DNA from: Candidatus Eiseniibacteriota bacterium
Lineage (GTDB): Bacteria; Eisenbacteria; RBG-16-71-46; CAZAMP01
NCBI GenBank assembly: GCA_965224245.1
Contig: OZ245046.1
Coordinates: forward strand, 4,352,001-4,416,000
Length of the DNA stretch: 64,000 nt
Direction of reading: 5' to 3'
Shown: in pieces, positions 60,429-64,000 of the stretch
Position numbering within the stretch: position 1 is the stretch's first letter
Layout of the letters: each line of letters opens with the position of its first letter
Position numbers and translations under genes: made by a program
The notes under the pieces: model-generated
Told to the model about the DNA's origin: nothing
The model's input: only the letters and a program-made list of their open reading frames with translations
The model's database searches: none

Positions 60429-62768
60429 TCACCTTCCCTTCGGGTGTGTCGGATCGACGCGATCGAGGGCGTCGAGCACGATGTCCGACGTCAACAGTTC
60501 GGGCAGAACGATCGGCTCCGACCCGGGGTCGGACCCGAACAACACGTACAACGGCACGCTGTGGCGGTCGAACGACGCGAGCGCCTCGGTGATGACCGGG
60601 TCGCGCGAGGTCCAGTCCGCCTTGACCGGCACCACGCCGAGCTCGGCGAAGCGGCGACGAACCGCGTCCGTCTCGAGCGCGACGCGCTCGTTGACCTGAC
60701 AGCTCAGGCACCAGGCTGCGGTGAAGTCGATGAACGTCGGCGTCCCAGCGCGGGCGGCTCCGAGGGTCTCGGCGTCGAACGCGCGCCACGCGATGCCGCC
60801 CCCGGCTCCGCCGTCACCGGTGAGGGCGGCCGGGGGTTCCAGCGCCCGCGCGGAGAACGCGGCGGTCGCCACGACGCCGACCACAAGGAGCGTGGTTCCA
60901 GCGTGAGCGACACGTTGCCGGGTGGCGAACCGCCCCTCGGTCAGGCGCAGGATCCAGGCACCGAGACCCAGCAGGACCAGAGTCGCCGCCAGGATCAGGA
61001 CGCCCTCGGCGCCCGCTTGCAGGCTCAGCACCCACGCGAGCCAGACGACGGTCCCGAACAGCACGAACCCCAGGATGCCCCTGAGCACGTCCATCCACGG
61101 GCCGGGGCGCGGCACGAGGCGGAGCCAGCCGGGCATGGCGACCAGGGCGACGTACGGAAGCGCCATCCCGAGCCCCAGCATCGTGAACACGAGGAACGAC
61201 ACGATACCCGGCGCGGTGAGCGTGTAGCCCAGCGCCGATCCCATGAACGGGGCCGTACACGGCGTGGCGACCACGGTGGTCATGATCCCGGACGCGAACG
61301 TACCGACCCCGTCGCCGCGCGCGTCCAGCGTCGTCGAGGCGCGCGTGAACGAGGTCCCGATCTCGAACACCCCCAGCAGATTGAGACCGAGCAGGAAGAA
61401 CACGGCCGCCAGCACCATGACGAACGGGGCGGACTGGAGCTGAAACCCCCAGCCGAGGCGCTCGCCACTCGCCTCGAGTAGCGCCATCACCGCGGCCAGT
61501 GCCCAGAATGCGACCAGCACCCCTCCCGAGAACAGCGCCCCGTGCCTGAGCCGCGAGCGCCGGTGCGCCTCGGCCCCCTGGATAAGACCGAGCACCTTGA
61601 CCGAGAGCACCGGCAGCACGCACGGCATCAGGTTCAGGATGAGCCCTCCCAGAAACGCGAACGCCAGCACCCGGACGAGTCCGACCGAGGCTCCGGTACC
61701 GTCTCGATCGGCGCCCTGGACGCCGGTGACGCCGTCGACTCCGGTCGCATCGGACGTGCCGGAGACCGAGAGTCGGGAGACCTCGATCAGGTCCGCGGCA
61801 TCGAGGGGCTCCACCGGCACGTCGAACGTCAGCGCGGTCGTCGTCTGCGCCTCGAGCGCCCACGGGACGTCGGCGACGAGCAGACCCGAGACACGCTCGG
61901 GCGCCGCCAGCGAGAGTCTGGATCGCGAAACGCGGAGCATCCATCCGGCCGGCGTCCGCGACCACGTCTGCGCGCTCGCGTGCTCGATCAGCGTGTCGGA
62001 ACGGGGAAAGAACGTTGCGGTCGACGGCGCGTCGTGTCCGGCGGGACCGTCGACGAGCAGCACCACCACCTCGTCCTCGACGGTGGCCCTCACGCGCCAG
62101 CGCACCGGCGTCACCGGCTCGGCGCCGAGAACGGCGCGGATCGTGGGCGCCCACTGGTCGTCCGTGCGGGAGCGCTCGGCGATCGGAAGCGTCAGCGACA
62201 GACGCGCGTCCCCGGGAAGGCACGCCACGCGGCAGACCAGCCAAGACGCGACCGCCTCCAGGGTCAGGTCGGTCCCGGGCTCCAGCGTCTCGGGGACCCG
62301 TACCTCGAGCGGGAGGATCACGTCGCCCTCCAGACCGAAGCTCGTGAGCGGCGGCACCTGGATGCGCGAGGGAACCGGCCAGCGGATCTCGCCGATCTCC
62401 ACCCCGTCGGGCAGCGTCCAGTCGATCGCCGGGGGAAGACCCGAGTCACCCGGGTTCTCCCAGTAGACGTGCCAGTGCTGATCGAGCGAGATCCTGAGCG
62501 CCACGTGGAACGAGGCACCCGGCTCGACCGCGCTCAGCTCCGAGACCAGAGACGCCGCCGCGGGCTGCGGTTCGGACGTGCCGCCGGCCGTGTCCGAGGC
62601 CGACGACGACGCGGCGGGAGTCTCGGCGGGTACCGACGCGCCCGACGCACCGAGCCCCACCAGGGCGAGGAGAGCCGGGAGCGCGCGCGCCGCGCGGCGT
62701 CGGGCTCGCGCGATCGGCGAAAGCCCGGTGCGTCGAAGCTGTCTCGTTCGCGTCGTGTTGAGTACCAT
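60429..62768 (-). CDS. DsbD/ScsB family protein-disulfide reductase
   Basis: WHVYWENPGDSG, WLVCRVACLPG, GLILNLMPCVLPVL, ATPCTAPFMG, DFTAAWCLSCQVNE. Confidence 0.93.
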   Translation of the reverse strand: MVLNTTRTRQLRRTGLSPIARARRRAARALPALLALVGLGASGASVPAETPAASSSASDTAGGTSEPQPAAASLVSELSAVEPGASFHVALRISLDQHWHVYWENPGDSGLPPAIDWTLPDGVEIGEIRWPVPSRIQVPPLTSFGLEGDVILPLEVRVPETLEPGTDLTLEAVASWLVCRVACLPGDARLSLTLPIAERSRTDDQWAPTIRAVLGAEPVTPVRWRVRATVEDEVVVLLVDGPAGHDAPSTATFFPRSDTLIEHASAQTWSRTPAGWMLRVSRSRLSLAAPERVSGLLVADVPWALEAQTTTALTFDVPVEPLDAADLIEVSRLSVSGTSDATGVDGVTGVQGADRDGTGASVGLVRVLAFAFLGGLILNLMPCVLPVLSVKVLGLIQGAEAHRRSRLRHGALFSGGVLVAFWALAAVMALLEASGERLGWGFQLQSAPFVMVLAAVFFLLGLNLLGVFEIGTSFTRASTTLDARGDGVGTFASGIMTTVVATPCTAPFMGSALGYTLTAPGIVSFLVFTMLGLGMALPYVALVAMPGWLRLVPRPGPWMDVLRGILGFVLFGTVVWLAWVLSLQAGAEGVLILAATLVLLGLGAWILRLTEGRFATRQRVAHAGTTLLVVGVVATAAFSARALEPPAALTGDGGAGGGIAWRAFDAETLGAARAGTPTFIDFTAAWCLSCQVNERVALETDAVRRRFAELGVVPVKADWTSRDPVITEALASFDRHSVPLYVLFGSDPGSEPIVLPELLTSDIVLDALDRVDPTHPKGR

Positions 62769-63013
62769 GGTCGCGGTTCGGTCCGGGTGGATGTCGAGTC
62801 CCGACGGAGATCGGACGCGACCGGCGTCGTCGCGCTCGATCTCGCGGGTCCGGCGGGGTAGCGGTCACTACCGAGGGCGAGGAGTATGATGAATCCAGGA
62901 TCCGGTCGCCATCGCGTCGTGCGGAAACACCCCGGTGGGAGTCAAACCACCGGCGTCGCGGGGAGTTCCTGGAATCGCCGCGGCGTGGGACGCCGCGGCC
63001 GCCGGGCACGTCG

Positions 63014-64000
63014 ATGACCCCACGCGACTGGCGCGAGCTCTGGATGCTCGATCCCGAGATCGTGTTCCTGAACCACGGGTCCTTCGGCGCCACACCCCGG
63101 GCCATTCTCGAGTTCCAGCGCGAGATCCGCGACCGCATCGAGCGCGAGCCCGTCCGGTTCTTCGTGCATCACCTGGAGGGCCTGATGGACGCGGTCCGGC
63201 ATGACCTGGCCGCGTTTCTCCATGCCGATGCGTCGGACCTGGCGTTCGTCAGCAACGCCACCGGTGGCGTGAACGCGGTGCTCCGGTCGCTCGCGCTCGG
63301 CCCGTCCGACGAGCTGATCGTGACCGACCACGCCTACAACGCCTGTCGTAACGCGCTCGACTTCGTCTCGGAGCGCTCGGGCGCCACCGTGGTGGTGGCG
63401 ACGCTCGGCTATCCGATCGCGTCTCCCGAAGCCGTCATCGACGGCATTCTCGAACGCGTGACGCCCCGCACGCGACTCGCGCTGGTCGAGCACATCACGA
63501 GCCAGACCGGCGTGGTGTTTCCGATCGTCGAGCTGGTCCGGGCTCTCGATGCGCGGGGCGTGGACGCGCTGGTCGACGGCGCACACGGCCCGGGCATGGT
63601 GCCGGTCGACCTGGAGGCGATCGGCGCGGCGTACTACACCGGCAACTGCCACAAGTGGATCTGCGCGCCGAAGGGCGCCGGGTTCCTCCACGTCCGTCGC
63701 GACCGGCAGGCCGGCGTGCGTCCCACGGTGATCAGTCACGGCGCGAACACGCCCCGGCCCGGACGCTCCCGGTTCCTGGTCGAGTTCGACTGGACCGGCA
63801 CGGACGACCCGTCGGCCGTCCTGTGCATCGGGGAGTGCATACGGTTCCTGGGCGGTCTCCTGCCCGGCGGATGGCCAGAGCTCATGGCGCACAACCGCGA
63901 CCGGCTGATCGACGCGCGTCGCCTCCTGATCGCGCGAACCGGCCTCGAGCCGGCGGCCCCCGAGCACATGCTGGGAACGCTGGCCAGCTTCCGCCTGCCC
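63014..64000 (+). CDS. Class V aminotransferase (isopenicillin-N epimerase / cysteine desulfhydrase-like), truncated at window end
   Basis: Read directly from the sequence: MTPRDWRELWMLDPEIVFLNHGSFGATP, SNATGGVN, HITSQTG, VDGAHGPG, GNCHKWICAPKG; no stop before 64000. Confidence 0.88.
   Translation, partial: MTPRDWRELWMLDPEIVFLNHGSFGATPRAILEFQREIRDRIEREPVRFFVHHLEGLMDAVRHDLAAFLHADASDLAFVSNATGGVNAVLRSLALGPSDELIVTDHAYNACRNALDFVSERSGATVVVATLGYPIASPEAVIDGILERVTPRTRLALVEHITSQTGVVFPIVELVRALDARGVDALVDGAHGPGMVPVDLEAIGAAYYTGNCHKWICAPKGAGFLHVRRDRQAGVRPTVISHGANTPRPGRSRFLVEFDWTGTDDPSAVLCIGECIRFLGGLLPGGWPELMAHNRDRLIDARRLLIARTGLEPAAPEHMLGTLASFRLP

Overview
Gene-dense, very GC-rich bacterial window with about 46 protein-coding genes. 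I found no rRNA, tRNA, CRISPR array or transposase/integrase. Four secreted proteins end in a FlgD-Ig/T9SS-CTD-like tail, which with the high GC suggests an FCB-related candidate lineage such as Eisenbacteria, Krumholzibacteria or Latescibacteria (inference only). Main blocks, in order: (1) a tricorn protease; (2) a sigma54-type operon with two membrane-anchored GcvH-like proteins lacking the lipoyl lysine, flanking a HybA/HybB-like Fe-S/NrfD pair, divergent from a heme-motif sensor kinase, an NtrC-family regulator and archaemetzincin, with a visible -24/-12 promoter and paired palindromes; (3) an exported TPR-CHAT protease, ECF sigma and Zn anti-sigma cassette; (4) glycosyltransferases and a lower-GC membrane-protein gene; (5) an ECF sigma paired with a Ser/Thr kinase-ATPase-TPR protein; (6) MocR/EamA, an M43 protease, a DUF5916-type barrel and a pentaheme cytochrome; (7) the best candidate for an undescribed system, an operon of an Omp85-type barrel without obvious POTRA domains, an exported atypical kinase-fold protein and an NTT (ATP/ADP translocase family) transporter, followed by an LHPP-like phosphatase; (8) Moco biosynthesis, DsbD/redoxin and housekeeping genes. 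All calls come from motif recognition by eye; no database searches were run. Several start codons were moved from the ORF track using RBS position and motif onset.
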